64,000 bases of DNA from Octopus sinensis (lineage: Eukaryota). Each line of letters begins with the position of its first letter. Position 1 is the first letter of the stretch. Position numbers and translations under genes: made by a program. The notes under the pieces were generated by a model. The model searched no databases. It was given only the letters and a program-made list of their open reading frames with translations, and was not told where the DNA came from. The stretch lies in the NCBI RefSeq assembly GCF_006345805.1, contig NC_043001.1, forward strand, positions 11,408,001 to 11,472,000, read 5' to 3'. Positions 37,478 to 50,620 of the stretch are shown here, piece after piece.

Positions 37478-37879
37478 GCGGTTATTGTTGTTGCTGAGCG
37501 CTGTTGCTGTTGAGCGAACGGTCTTCGTCCCAGAGCTCGCAAGATGGGAGGAGTCCGAAACGTGGTCCTTTGCTATTCGTAAGACCCGCAGAAGAGAAAG
37601 CAGGTCAACCCCCGACACCGAGAGCATCGACGGATGGATGAATGCGCATCCAGGCTCAGCGGTTGCGTAGGAAGTCGGGGAGAAGAAACAGGAAGAAAGA
37701 GGAAGAGAGAAAGTTGGAGCGAAAGAGTACAACAGGGGTCGCCACCACCCCCTGCCGGAGCATCGTGAAGCTTTAGGTGCTTTCGCTCAATAAACACACA
37801 CAACGCCCGGTCTGGGAATCGAAACCGCGATCCTCCGACCGCGAGTCCGCTACCCTAACCACTGGGCCATTGCGCCTCC
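37478..37879 (-). mobile_element. SINE family C
   Basis: Reverse complement of 3277-3700, with a small indel near the tail. Confidence 0.85.
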
Positions 37880-38435
37880 ACTGTGGTTGCTGATCAACTC
37901 AAATTCAACTTGATCAAGAAAACCGGTCACCAACATTTTTCTTTTTGTTTTTATTCACACAAATGTATTTACACAATTCATTCCAGCGCACAAGTTCTTT
38001 GCCAATGCACACTATCATAGTTTTGTTCGGATTTTATCGTTTCAGATATCTAGGAATACATTAATCTTATGTAATTCAGACGCAGATGGGAATGATATGA
38101 GCAATAAAAGGGAAGAGGGTGGCGATAATATAATTCAAGGAGTGAAATAATACAAATTTCTAGTTGATGTGATGCTGAACGTGCAAAGAATGGTAACCTT
38201 TCTGGTTTCCTGACTTCTATTGACTTCAAGAAGGCTTTTAACTCAATTCACCGCTTTACAATGATCAAGATGGGGAGAGAATACGGAATATTGCTTCGCA
38301 ACCTTCGAACTTTGAGGTCATTGCACAAACAGAATGATATGAGCGATCACACGAGATGATGAAACTGCCTTGTTTGAGAATGGGGCTGTTGCCCTCTAAT
38401 ATATTATAGAAATAATAAAAATTTGATCCAGTATA

Positions 38436-39028
38436 TATTTCTTTACTGCCCCACAAGGGGGCTAAACATAGAGGGGACAGAGAAGGACAGACAAAGAGAT
38501 TAAGTCGATTACATCGACCCCAGTGCAAAACTGGTACTTTATTTATCGACCCCGAAGGGACGAAAGGCAAAGTCGACCTCGGCGGAATTTGAACTCAGAA
38601 CGTACCGACAGACGAAATACCTATTTCTTTATTACCCACAAGGGGCTAAAGGCAGAGAGGACAAACAACGACAAACGGATTAAGTCGATTATATCGACCC
38701 CAGTGCGAAACTGGTACTTTATTTATCGACCTCGAAAGGATGAAAGGCAAAGTCGACCTCGGCGGAATTTGAACTCACAACGTAGCGGCAGACGAAATAC
38801 CTATTTCTTTATTACCCACAAGGGGCTAAAGGCAGACAGGACAAACAACGACAAACGGATTAAGTCGATTATATCGACCCCAGTGCGAAACTGGTACTTT
38901 ATTTATCGACCTCGAAAGGATGAAAGGCAAAGTCGACCTCGGCGGAATTTGAACTCAGAACGTAATGGCAAACGAAATACCGCTAAGCATTTCGCCCGGT
39001 GCGCTAACGTTTCTGCCAGCTCGCCGCC
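38436..39028 (-). mobile_element. SINE family A, 3 units, 16-bp TSD
   Basis: TSD aatttgatccagtata at 38420-38435 and 39031-39046. Confidence 0.9.
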
Positions 39029-39926
39029 ATAATTTGATCCAGTATAATGTGAGTAGTTATATTTCCAAGAGATTTCATGAGCAAAATATTATATAAAGAA
39101 ATGAATAAATAAAACAAAAGAAAGAAAATCAGCAAAAACAAACCGGAATAGAAACCAAATAAATTTAGTTCGTAACTGAAAAGTAGGTTTGAGAGAAGAC
39201 TTTTCGAAACTGCAGTCTTTTGACAAGAGACAGAGAAGAAGGCAAGACGAAAACGTCTCGGTGTTATATTCACGATTGAGGTCTCATAAGTGTCTTGCCA
39301 AGCGAAATCTATGGTTGAAGTTCCTCAATGGCCCCAGACCTTCTTCCAATAATGTGAACTTCATCTGAACTTCGCTCAAGGAGCGCGATGAATTGTTGGT
39401 GCTGTTAAACCCTAGCGGCAGATGATATCTAACGTCCTTCATCCCTATATGAATATGATTACAAACCAACGAAAGACTCCGACCCAATGGGGGACATCTA
39501 CGCAACTTGCTTGATCCGCTGGAAGTAGCATCTAAATCTTTCTAAATTCAGACATTAATATCTTTAAACATAAGCCCTCCCATAAAGGAAAACATAATTC
39601 CTCGATACACTAATTGCGAAAATAGAAAAAAAGAAAGGACAAAGGAGATAATCAGTGGACATTGTCGATCATGGTATGGTAATGAAGATTGCTTTGCAGC
39701 CATGTGATTTCGGGTTCAGTCCCTTTGCGCCTCGAGCCGACCAATGCCTTGTGAGTGTATTTAGGAGACATAAACAATTTGTATCAGTGTGTCTTATTGT
39801 GATTGCGTTCCTCAACACATGATAATTGGTACTGTTTGTTTACGTAACCAAAGAGGTGGACAAAATAAACAGGCAGAAATAATATCAGACTTTAAAAAGT
39901 AATGGATTTGATTTATTCGACTATAT

Positions 39927-40277
39927 CAGTGGTTCACAAACAATTTCAGGCTGCCGCTCCGTTGACACCCAGGCCACATTCTTAGCGCCCGACCCCAACT
40001 TACCATCAAAAAATATAGACTCCTTTCTGAAGCAAATTCAAAGCAACAGTTTTTCACAAATAGAACTTAACCTAATAAACCATTATTTTCTTGTTTATAC
40101 ATGAATCACTATCCCATTATTGCCCCATTTTTTTTTACATGAATCGCTATCTCATTATTGACCCCGTTTTTTTAAAAAAATGAATCGCTACCTATTATCA
40201 CCCCGCTCTTCTTCAACGCTCCCTTGAAATTTTCACCGCCCCCAGAGGAGCAATACCGGCCACTTTGAGAACCAGTA
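39927..40277. mobile_element. hAT/Charlie-like MITE
   Basis: cagtggttcacaaa ... tttgagaaccagta (imperfect CAGTGGTTCTCAAA-type TIRs); flanking 8-mers gactatat / aactaaac match only partly. Confidence 0.55.
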
Positions 40278-41000
40278 AACTAAACCCTTCAAGGCATGTC
40301 CACAAGGAATGGTCATCACGGCAGCAGTCGAATGACCGAAACTAGTCAAAGATAAAAGTTAAATTCTTAAATGTTCTCAGTCGTTTATAGTAGACCAGCT
40401 TAAAAGCCGCACTCGATGCTGACTTTTACGCTAACCCCAGCGCAGAGCTAATTGGGTCTGCGGTCCGGTAGTGTGTGATCAGCTGTTAAGAACGGATGAG
40501 AATTAATTCTCTAATGAAATCATTCTATTAATTGATTCTAAAGTTGAATTCTAACTGTTGGCTAATTTGTTCCTAAGTTCTTATCTCGGCTTAAAATTAA
40601 CGAAGCGAATGCCAGTTATTTCCCCTTTGATCTCTGACGTCATCTGACAAATACCAACAAAGATGGCGTGAATTAGTGAAGCTTAACCTGCTAGAAATAG
40701 CAACCCAAATGCTTTTAAATCAGATTCCAATGCAGGATAGTCAAACAACCGAATGAAGGGCAGATTTTTAATCCCGGGAACATCCTGATTCCAAAAAGGT
40801 ATAATATGTCTATGTAGAACAAACGTAGACTGAGATACAAGGGCTCCAGACAGACAGAATTTTGCGTTTATTTATATACGAGATTTATAATAGCTTATCT
40901 TCCTCAATCGTTTACGCCCAGCTCAGTCGACTCCAAAGTCTATACAACACTCGGTTATTTCTGAGTACCAACCAATATTACAATGCGCTTCACAGATACC

Positions 41001-41419
41001 TCTCTTTTTCACTCTTTTACTTGTTTCAGTTATTTGACTGTGGCCATGCTGGAGCACCGCCTTTAGTCGAGCAAATCGACCACAGGACTTATTCTTTGTA
41101 AGCCTAGTACTTATGCTATCGGTCTTTTGCCGAACCGCTAAGTAACGGGGACGTAAACACACCAGCATCGGTTGACAAACGCTGTTGGGTGGGGGAGGGA
41201 CAAACACAGACACACACACACATACACACACATACATATACACACACATATATATATACATATATACGACAGGCTTCTTTTAGCTTCCGTCTACCAAATT
41301 CACTCACGAGGCTTTGGTCGGCCCGAGGCTATAGTTGAAGACACTTGCCCAAGGTACCACGCAGTGGGATTGAACACGGAACCATATGGTTGGTAAGCAA
41401 GCTACTTACCACACAGCCA
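41001..41419 (-). mobile_element. SINE family B, full length
   Basis: Reverse complement of the B consensus. Confidence 0.88.
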
Positions 41420-41835
41420 TACATGCATGCATACATACGTGCATACATATATGCATACATACATACATACATACATACATACATACATACATACATACAT
41501 ACATACATACACATATATACATACAGACTCTAGGTCTTTCCAACGCTCAAACGTCATACCGATGATAACACACCAACGACGAAATCTGTTTATGGCTACT
41601 TGACATGCCAGAATCCACTGCCAAACTCCTCTCAAATCACACCTTGCTATCTTATAAAAATGGTGTGATGTCTCTAATGCATTTGTTTCTAAATCTACCC
41701 AATCAGAACTGATCTGGAATTAAAAAAACATCATGTGGAATAGAACACGTTGTATTGTGGTCAATTCGCCTGCTAAAAATAGCAGTTAAACCACCATAAA
41801 ATTATACCGATCCATATTTATGTTTTACTTGTTTC

Positions 41836-42068
41836 TATTTCTTTACTACCCACAAGAAGCTAAACACAGAGAGGACAAACAAGGACAGACAAACGGATTA
41901 AGTCGATTACATCGACCCCAGTGCGTAACTGGTACTTAATTTATCGACTCCGAAAGGATGAAAGGCAAAGTCGACCTCAGCGGAATTTGAACTCAGAACG
42001 TAACGGCAGACGAAATACCGCAAAGCATTTCGCCCGGCGTGCTAACGTTTCTGCCAGCTCGCCGCCTT
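41836..42068 (-). mobile_element. SINE family A monomer
   Basis: Head, core and T1 tail. Confidence 0.88.
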
Positions 42069-43644
42069 TCTCTTTTTTCTTTTACCTATTTCTATTTCTT
42101 TTCTACCCACTTGTTTTAGTTGCTGGATTGTAGTCAGGCTTGCAACCACTTTGAAGAATTTTAGTCCACCAAATCAACTCTAGGGTTTATTTTTGTTCAG
42201 CTTGATATATAGTCTGTTGCACACTTTTGCGGAACAGTTTAGTAGCTTAGACGTTAGAAACCCAACAATGGTTTTGAAGTGGAACTGATATAGACAAACT
42301 CGGAGACACAGAGAATTAAAATAGCAAGCAAAAAAGAAATCATAGAGACACTGCTTGAAAGTGATAGCGACTGGAAAACTATTGCTTAAGGCTATTTTCA
42401 ATCGGTGCCCACTTTGGCTAAACAACAACCGACTGTCAAAGAATTTCCTTCATACTCCATAATATATTTCTCCAGCTGTTCGTGATGTCTTGAGCTATAA
42501 AATCTGTATTCATTCCAGTACTGGCAAATAAAATTGCAGAAAGTCTTGAATACAATTCATAATTTTAAGTCACAATTCATACTGTTCTTTTACTGTCAGT
42601 AGAATATTTAACCTTTAAACCTGGTTATCCCGTGAAAGTCAATAACATCACAAAGAAATACATATGGCGCATTAACAACATTTGACAGAAAACGAATATA
42701 CTACTGTCAAAAAATGGAATGTAATACTATACGTCGTGGGTGTTAAAACCCTCCCGTTTCATTTCTAACTGAATATCAAGTAAGGATGCAATTGAACTGG
42801 GCTTACAGAGGGTGAGAGTTTCCAATATCACAAGCTTTTAATATATCTCAAAAAATATATTATTATTTCTTTGGAGATTTTGAAATTATTGTTTCTGTTT
42901 TGATGTGTCTTCGTATCAGCTATTTGAACTTATTCTTTAGCAGAATTAAACAAAGGTTTCGTTCGAACATCGTCAGAAACAGATGGTTACTTAAGTGTTC
43001 GAAATCCAATTTATTTTAATTTAAAACATTTCTCTTGCCGCAAGCAATAATAAATATTGTCTTCACAATGACAGAAAGATAAAATATAACAATATATTAA
43101 GTGTAAGATAGAGAGAAATTTCTAGTTCAAGAAATAGAATATTTTAGCTGAGATAATCATTCTTTATACGAAAGTTTGGTTATAAAACACACACACACAC
43201 ACACACACCCATACGTATATGCATATATATAGATTTCTGTATTCTAAGAAACAATATTTCCTAAATTGTTTGTTGCCTTGAAGGCTAGGAACATTTTAGG
43301 AAATATGGTTTATCAACAAATTCAATTTTCACTGGCCAAAAGTTTTCTTTTTAGATAAAGATGCGAAGCTGAGAATTCTGAGAGATTATATTTACAATAA
43401 TTTGTAAAATATACAATACAAAATCAATGGTGGTCCGGACAACGAAATAGATAAGTGTTTGATTACAAGAGCCAATCTTCTTCAGGCATGTTGTGTGGTG
43501 CATAATAAGTAGATTTGTCATTCGATTAACAGAAAAAAAAGTGAAATCAGTTTTCTGCAGTGCCACACATTTTCAGTTGACATAAGGGTCTTTATGACTG
43601 CAATCAACAGCATATCCACCCGTTTCAGTCTTATACTGACTAGT

Positions 43645-44030
43645 ACTCTTTTACTAGTTTCAGTCATTTGACTGTGGCCATGCTGGAGCACCGCCTTTAG
43701 TCGAGCAACTCGACCCCCAGGACTTATTCTTTGTAAGCCTAGTCCTTATTTTATCGGTCACTTTTGCTGAACCTCTAAGTTACAGGGACGTAAACACACC
43801 AGCATCGTTTGTGAAGCGATGTTCGCGGGACAAACAGAGACACACAAACATATACACACAAATATATATATACATATATATGACAGGCTTCTTTCAGCTT
43901 CCGTCTACCAAATCCACTCACAATGCTTTGGTCGGCCCGAGACTATAGTAGAAGACACTTTCCCAAGGTGCCACGCAGTGGGACTGAACCCGGAACCATG
44001 TGGCTGGTGCACACAGCCACTCCTACGCCT
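43645..44030 (-). mobile_element. SINE family B
   Basis: Reverse complement of the B consensus, with a small deletion in the head. Confidence 0.85.
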
Positions 44031-44169
44031 TAACTAGTGTTAATTTGTATTTTATAACTGTGTCAATTATGTAATGTTATGTTTTTCCTTACTTTAGCTG
44101 TTTTACTCATGTATTTTTCACAAAATATTTCACCAGTCATCTTCTGTAACTTCTTGTTACATCGAACTC

Positions 44170-45150
44170 TGTTGAGGATGTGAAGATATTGCAAGAACAG
44201 CCCTGAAATGTTTTGTTATGCTTCTGACACATTTAGTATCAGAGGTCAGCAACGTATCATCACAACTGAAATCAAGATTTAATAGTTGTTCTCTGGATGC
44301 TCTATCTTTCTCTCGGGTATCAAGACAAGATTTGGGTACTGCCCATCACCTGCTCAGCTTGGGCTAAGGGAATGGTTTAAGAAGTGGAAGAAAAGAAGAA
44401 TGCCGTTTGAACTAAGATATAGAGAGAACCAAAGGGTTATTTGATAGATTATATTTGGGTTTACTCTTAAGATTAAGCGTAGAATTGTATACCCCCAACT
44501 AGTAATCATCAAGAAAACCAAAACTACAACACAATAGTGACCTTCTTATTCAGGTACGACCGGAGAATGACCTTCAAATGTCTACGAAGAAATACTTCGT
44601 GAAGAGACAACTACGATGTGGGAAAAAACAAATTTGACGCAGATATTTGAAAATAAAGACGAACCACAAAAAATTTCTCAAGTTCAATTGAATGATTTGG
44701 TTAGAGACTTGGCAGTGTCAAAGAATAAAGTTGAATTTTCAGCAGCTCGTCAAAAAGAAAAATGTCTGCTTAAAATAGACGTTTGTATTCAGAAAGGGAA
44801 ATAGGGACCTGACTTCTTGCTTCTCTGTGGACGCGTAACTAAGTTTCTGTAATAACACTGATGAGTTATTTCGGTGTTTGTTTCAACGTGTTCTGTCTGA
44901 AGCATGCTTAATCATTGATTTATCCAAGAGAAGTCTTGAGGCAATACACCCATACAGGGACAATGAGAAACCATTCATTTCTCTAGGGTATTCAGTGTAC
45001 ATAGAAGAGTGTTATGAGAACAAACAGGTACTCCTTGATGCCGTCAAGTACACAAGTTACAATTGAAAGATACGTAGAGACTTCAAGTTGATTGGGATGT
45101 TGATAGGAAGGAATTAGAATTCACGAAATACTGTTGCTTATATCCAGCCA
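44170..45150 (+). mobile_element. Decayed DNA transposase, probably Chapaev3 (CMC) type
   Basis: KNSPEMFCY, QDKIW, RMPF, EPQKISQVQLNDLVRDLAVSKNK, IIDLSKRSLEAI, ISLGYSVYIEECYEN, RDFKLIGMLIG, FTKYCC. The superfamily assignment is from recall. Confidence 0.55.
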
Positions 45151-45231
45151 CGTATAAAAGCATCCAATGATCTGGTCGATACCACTCACCACATAGAAAA
45201 GCTAGATAGGAAAATACTAGAGGGAAATGTC

Positions 45232-46504
45232 ATTTTGTTAAGAATGAAACGTCCGATTTTCTTATGCACCAAGTTTGACAAAAGTTAAGTCTAATGTTTT
45301 ATCCTGACAGTTTTTTGTTTTACAATATTGAAGATGTACATCATCACTTTTTGAAATGCAATTCATGATGTCTGATTATATTGTGAGTTGTCTCTCGTAA
45401 ATCGTATTTTGTGAACCCATCGATAGATAAAAAATTCGTGTTGTTTATGAATATGAGTTCCGTCGTGGAACCAATGCATCCCAGACAGCTTGAAACCTCA
45501 ATGAAGTGTTTGGTGAAGATGTGGCAAATGAATGCACTGTACGCCAATGGTTTGAGAAGTTCCGGTCTGGTGACTCTCCTCTTGAAAACCAGCCCCATGG
45601 TAGACCTGAGACCAAAGTGGATAATGATGAGCTGGAAACTGTAGTGGAAGCTGATACATCTCAAACTGCGCGTGGGTTAGTAGCAAGGTTTGATGCTTTG
45701 ATTCCAGTTGTATTGGACCATCCGAAACAAATTAGCAAGTTCAAGAAGTTGGACAAGTGGGTACCACAGGAACTGAACGAGCATCAAATGACACGTCGTC
45801 TTGAAACTTGTTCTTTGCTGTCACGACATAAAAAGCGAACCATGTTTGCATCGTATTGGTACGTGTAATGAAAACTGGATTCTTTTCAACAATAGCAAGC
45901 GTTTTGCACGGTAGTTGGATGGAGACAAAGTGCCAAAAAAAAATCCAAAACCGAATATTCACCAAAAAAGCTAATGGTGTGTGTTTGTGTGTCTAGCGCT
46001 GGTGTCGTCCACTAAAGCTTCATGAGAACAAATGAATCAATGACAGAGGTTTGATACATTAACCAACTGGATGAAATAATGAATGAACTTGAAATTAAAC
46101 AACCAAGATTGGTCAATAGAGACAGGCCAAATCTTTTACAGGACAGTGCTCGACCACATACAGGTTGCACAAAGAACTCTACTCAAACTACAGGAACTGA
46201 ACTTTGAAGTAATCTGTAATCCACCATATTCATCAGACCTTGCGCCAACTGGTTATTACGTTTTCCAAGCATTAGACAACTTTTTGCAAGGCTGAAAGAA
46301 GATGCAAAAACAGCCTTTGGTGGTTTGATCACCTCTTGCTCTTCAGAATTCTTCGCTGCCAGCATAAACAAGCTACCGATAAAATGGCAAAATATTGTTG
46401 ATAATTTAGGTGCATACTTTGATTACCTGCATTGCTTTTTGCTGAGATGAAGTAAAATAAACTTTCGGTTAAAAATCAGGCATTTCTTTCTTAATGACCT
46501 GATA
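45232..46504 (+). mobile_element. Decayed mariner (Mos1/Hsmar-like) transposon
   Basis: VFGEDVANECTVRQWFEKFRSGD, KLDKWVPQELNE, PPYSSDLAPTGYYVFQALDNFLQG. Imperfect TIRs ttaagaatgaaacgtccgatttt (45238-45260) and aaaatcaggcatttctttcttaa (~46472-46494); terminal TA. Confidence 0.85.
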
Positions 46505-47219
46505 TGTAAACATTGTACAAAATTTCGCCAAAAAATAGATAAATTATGGAAACCAGTCTCATGTCGCATACAATACTAAAATTAACGCACACTCATTAAA
46601 AAATTAACAAGTGGTCTTTGACATAAAAAGTAAAAATAATCAATGGTCAAACTTTGTCTGCTACAGACAAATCAATACAAAGCAAAAGATAAAGAACAAC
46701 ACACATGCCAGATATAGTTAATTCTCGAAAATTAGGTTGGCAAGTTCTGGAAAATTTGGACATGGATTTAGGAACTCTAAGAAAATACAAAAATAAAAAT
46801 GGAAAAAAGAATAAGACTTAAATATGCATAAAAACAAAGCCCTTATCCATATATACGAACATATATTTGTGTACAATTATCTTCTCATATTTCCATTTAT
46901 TCCTTCGATGGAGCATTTGTCGACCCGAGTATAGAGTAGGAGACATTTGCTCGTTCAGATCGAACCTGAAATCACGTTATTGCGAAGCGAACATTTTATC
47001 CATACGGCAGTCCATGCACCTGCAATTATGATATCATCGGGTATCTGTTTCGTTACATACATTTAAAGGAAATGTTTGATCATTTTACTAATTATATAGT
47101 TAGCGCTTCTCTACTCGTAACTTCAGTGAATTTTGTAAAAGATACATGAAGTTAGACGTTGAAAAGAGTAACGAGATTAAATTAAATTAGTCTGTTCTTT
47201 TCAAATGCCAAATTCAAAC

Positions 47220-47243
47220 ACGCACAGACAGACAGACAGACAG

Positions 47244-47288
<45 letters not shown>

Positions 47289-47321
47289 AACACACACACA
47301 CAAACACACACACACAAACAC

Positions 47322-47356
<35 letters not shown>

Positions 47357-47391
47357 CAACACACCACACACACACACACAAACACACACAA

Positions 47392-47460
<69 letters not shown>

Positions 47461-47520
47461 AACACACACACACATACACACACACACGCACAACACGCAC
47501 GCACACACGCACGCACATTC
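47220..47520. repeat. (AC)n/(ACAA) microsatellite
   Basis: Seen directly. Confidence 0.95.
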
Positions 47521-47709
47521 TTCGTATCTCCATATACCAACTGATTTAATTACTAGCTTCCAATATAAGTGTTGTTAGAGCTATTAAAACTTGGCTAAAG
47601 TTTTGCAAATATCTTTCATTCAGTAGTAATTCAGTAACAGTAGTTCCTGAAATCGATACAGAGACGAGTTCCTCCTCGTGACTTGCTTTACCTGTCAGAA
47701 AGTGCACAT

Positions 47710-48675
47710 GGTACCTTCTTAGTGGATAAGAAAGGCGGCGACCTGGCAGAAACGTTAGCACGCCGGGCGAAATGCGTAGCCGTATTTCGTTTGCCGTTAC
47801 GTTCTGAGTTCAAATTCCGCCGAGGTCGACTTTACTTTTCACCCTTTCGACGTCGATAAATTAAGTACCTATTTCTTTATTACCCACAAGGGGCTAAACA
47901 CAGAGGGGACAAACAAGGACAGACATAGGTATTAAGTCGATTACATCGACCCCAGTGCGTAACTGGTACTTAATTTATCGACCCCGAAAGGATGAAAGGC
48001 AAAGTCGACCTCGGCGGAATTTGAACTCAACAACGTAACACAGACGAAATACCTATTTCTTTATTACCCACAAGGGGCTAAACACAGAGGGGACAAACAA
48101 GGACAGACATAGGTATTAAGTCGATTACATCGACCCCAGTGCGTAACTGGTACTTAATTTATCGACCCCGAAAGGATGAAAGGCAAAGTCGACCTCGGCG
48201 GAATTTGAACTCACAACGTAGCGACAGACGAAATACCGCTAAGCATTTCGCCCGGCGTGCTAACGTTTCTGCCAGCTCGCCGCCTTATAAATTAAGTACC
48301 AGTTACGCACTGGCGTCGATGTAATCGACTTAATCCCTTTGTCTGTCCTTGTTTGTCCCCTCTGTGTTTAGCTCCTTGTGGGTAGTGAAGAAATTGGTAC
48401 CTTCTTAGTGGATAAGAAAGGCGGCGAGCTGGCAGAAACGTTAGCACGCCGGGCGAAATGCGTAGCCGTATTTCGTCTGCCGTTACGTTGTGAGTTCAAA
48501 TTCCGCCGAGGTCGACTTTGCCTTTCATCCTTTCGGAGTCGATAAATTAAGTACCAGTTACGCACTGGGGTCGATATAATCAACTTAATCCGTTTGTCTG
48601 TCCTTGTTTGTCCTCTCTGTGTTTAGCCCCTTGTGGGTAGTAAAGAAATAGGTACCTTCTTAGGAGATAAGAAAG
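47710..48675. mobile_element. Composite of SINE A copies: two plus copies between three copies of a 25-bp target, the first interrupted by an inverted dimer
   Basis: ggtaccttcttagtggataagaaag at 47710, 48396 and 48651 (2 mismatches in the last); the inverted dimer ~47869-48284 is flanked by ataaattaagtacc. Confidence 0.88.
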
Positions 48676-50477
48676 CTCTCGTCACATTTCTTTTCTGAAT
48701 GTAAGTTGGGATAGTAATGATTAGAACGTGTTTGATTATAGAATGTTCGATCAGGGCAAAACTAAGGTTAATCAGTATCCAACATCGATCATACCCTGAA
48801 TTGCAACGTCACGAAAATCTGTCATTTTTATTTTTATATTTGTCTGTTAGTATTCTTGTTTGGGTTTGCAGTTGAGGCTTCGCCCCCAGATCAACTCTGA
48901 TTGAATAAATTTGTGATCAGAAGCATTCAAGCCATATTTCATCAGTTATTCGTTTCAGTCATGGCACTACAGTCATGCTGGGTAAACCCTTGTCAAAGCC
49001 ATAGTTTCCTTTTAAGAAATTCTTTACCCTGTTCTCTATTTTGAAATAAATCCGTTTTCTTTTTTAAGACTCGCATTTCTGGTTCCTTACCTTCCATCGT
49101 ATTGTGCAAGGGAGACTAGTGCAATATCACCCAGCTGACATTCAAGTCGAACTCACTGACTTTTCAAAAATGAAGTGGATTATGGCGGAATTCGAACTCA
49201 GAACGTAACGGCAGACGAAATACGGCTACGCATTTCGCTTGGCGTGCTAACGTTTCTGCCAGCTCGCTGCCCCTGTGCAAATGCATATATAGCGATGTGT
49301 ACGTGTGTTCTCATGTGTCTGTGTCTTCATATGTAACGTTTCTATCTGTGTGAGCGACTGCAGAGTTGCCCATGATATGTAGTTGCCAGTATCTGTCAGT
49401 TTAGATTTCTTCACGCGCATTCATATTCTAATTGCTTGACGGAACAGCATACACACATTACCCTGACTTTGTTCTTATACTTGAATGTGATTAGGTATGT
49501 TGTTCAAGTGTACATAGGATGAAATTACAACAAAATGGTGATATATAAAGAGTTGGAGAGAAAGAGAGAGAGAGAGTCAGACGACAACGATAAAGTAAGA
49601 GATAGAAGATTACGACATTTGAAAGGTAAAATAAAGTGCGTGGGAGAGCGATAGAAATGAGGTGAGAAGGCAGTGACACGGGGAGAGGGGTGGAAAGTGG
49701 AGAGGTGAGAGTAGCAAAATGGATGGAAATAATTTCGTCCGGAAAGAAACTTTCACAATCTAAAGCGCTCGATATAAATAAAAGCAAAGTTATTACAGCA
49801 GTGCCAAATCAAATTAAAATCTACCATTAAATATTGATTGTCCATTCAAATTACGGTACTTCTGTCTAACGATATATACATTAGAGTCGGTTGGTTTCAA
49901 ATTAAAATCTAACCAAACCACTTAAAATTGCTCATAGATTTTTAAAATTGTACTCTTAGCACAGTTGGCGATGTGGTAGAATAATGAAAACTTGTCGGTA
50001 TAATCAATATTTTTCTATATCAGTATGAATCTACTGATAATCAGGAAATACACATTAGTGTACAATAATGGTGTATTACAAAGAGGAACACGAAGCAGAA
50101 ACTAAAACAAGATATGAAACCAAGTAAAAAGAACAAAATTAAGATCAGCCTTTCAGACACTTCTACTTCAACGGGAACATTAAAGAAAAAAACTAAAGAA
50201 AGAATAAAGAACAAAGAGTATATTAGAGAAAAAAACCTGTTGAAGTCGAACCAGTTCAAGAGTAAACTACAAAAGTGAAGACAGAACAAAAGCCGAATTG
50301 CGACTATATATATATTTTGATATTATAAATATTTCGATATTTTGACTTTATATATATTTTTGATATTTCATGGGTAGGATCGCTGAATCGGAGCGTGTGA
50401 ATAAGGAAAGACAGTAAAAGCTATTATTGTTGTTCAGGTAGGTGGGAGAGGGTAGTGGCATGTGCAGACCGGTGTTG

Positions 50478-50620
50478 TTACAGTAGTTGTTTTCTGCTAT
50501 TTAATGCTGGATTGAGCTTTATAATTAGGATAGCCTCCTTCATTTGAAGGTTGCCTGTGTTACCTTCCATGGCTCGGATGGATTCTTGGCCTGGCAGAAC
50601 TGCAAGAACGTACGGACTGA
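50478..50620 (-). mobile_element. Penelope-like endonuclease extreme C-terminus
   Basis: NLQMKEAILIIKLNPALNSR resembles the L-x-x-KEA-x-x-I-x-x-x-x-P-x-LN end typical of Penelope GIY-YIG domains. Confidence 0.5.

Noticed and set aside
38523-39032. 169-aa ORF with three internal repeats, and many similar MRNWYLIYRPRKDERQSRP ORFs
   Set aside because: They are antisense read-through of SINE A units, found wherever the SINE occurs; no protein family features.
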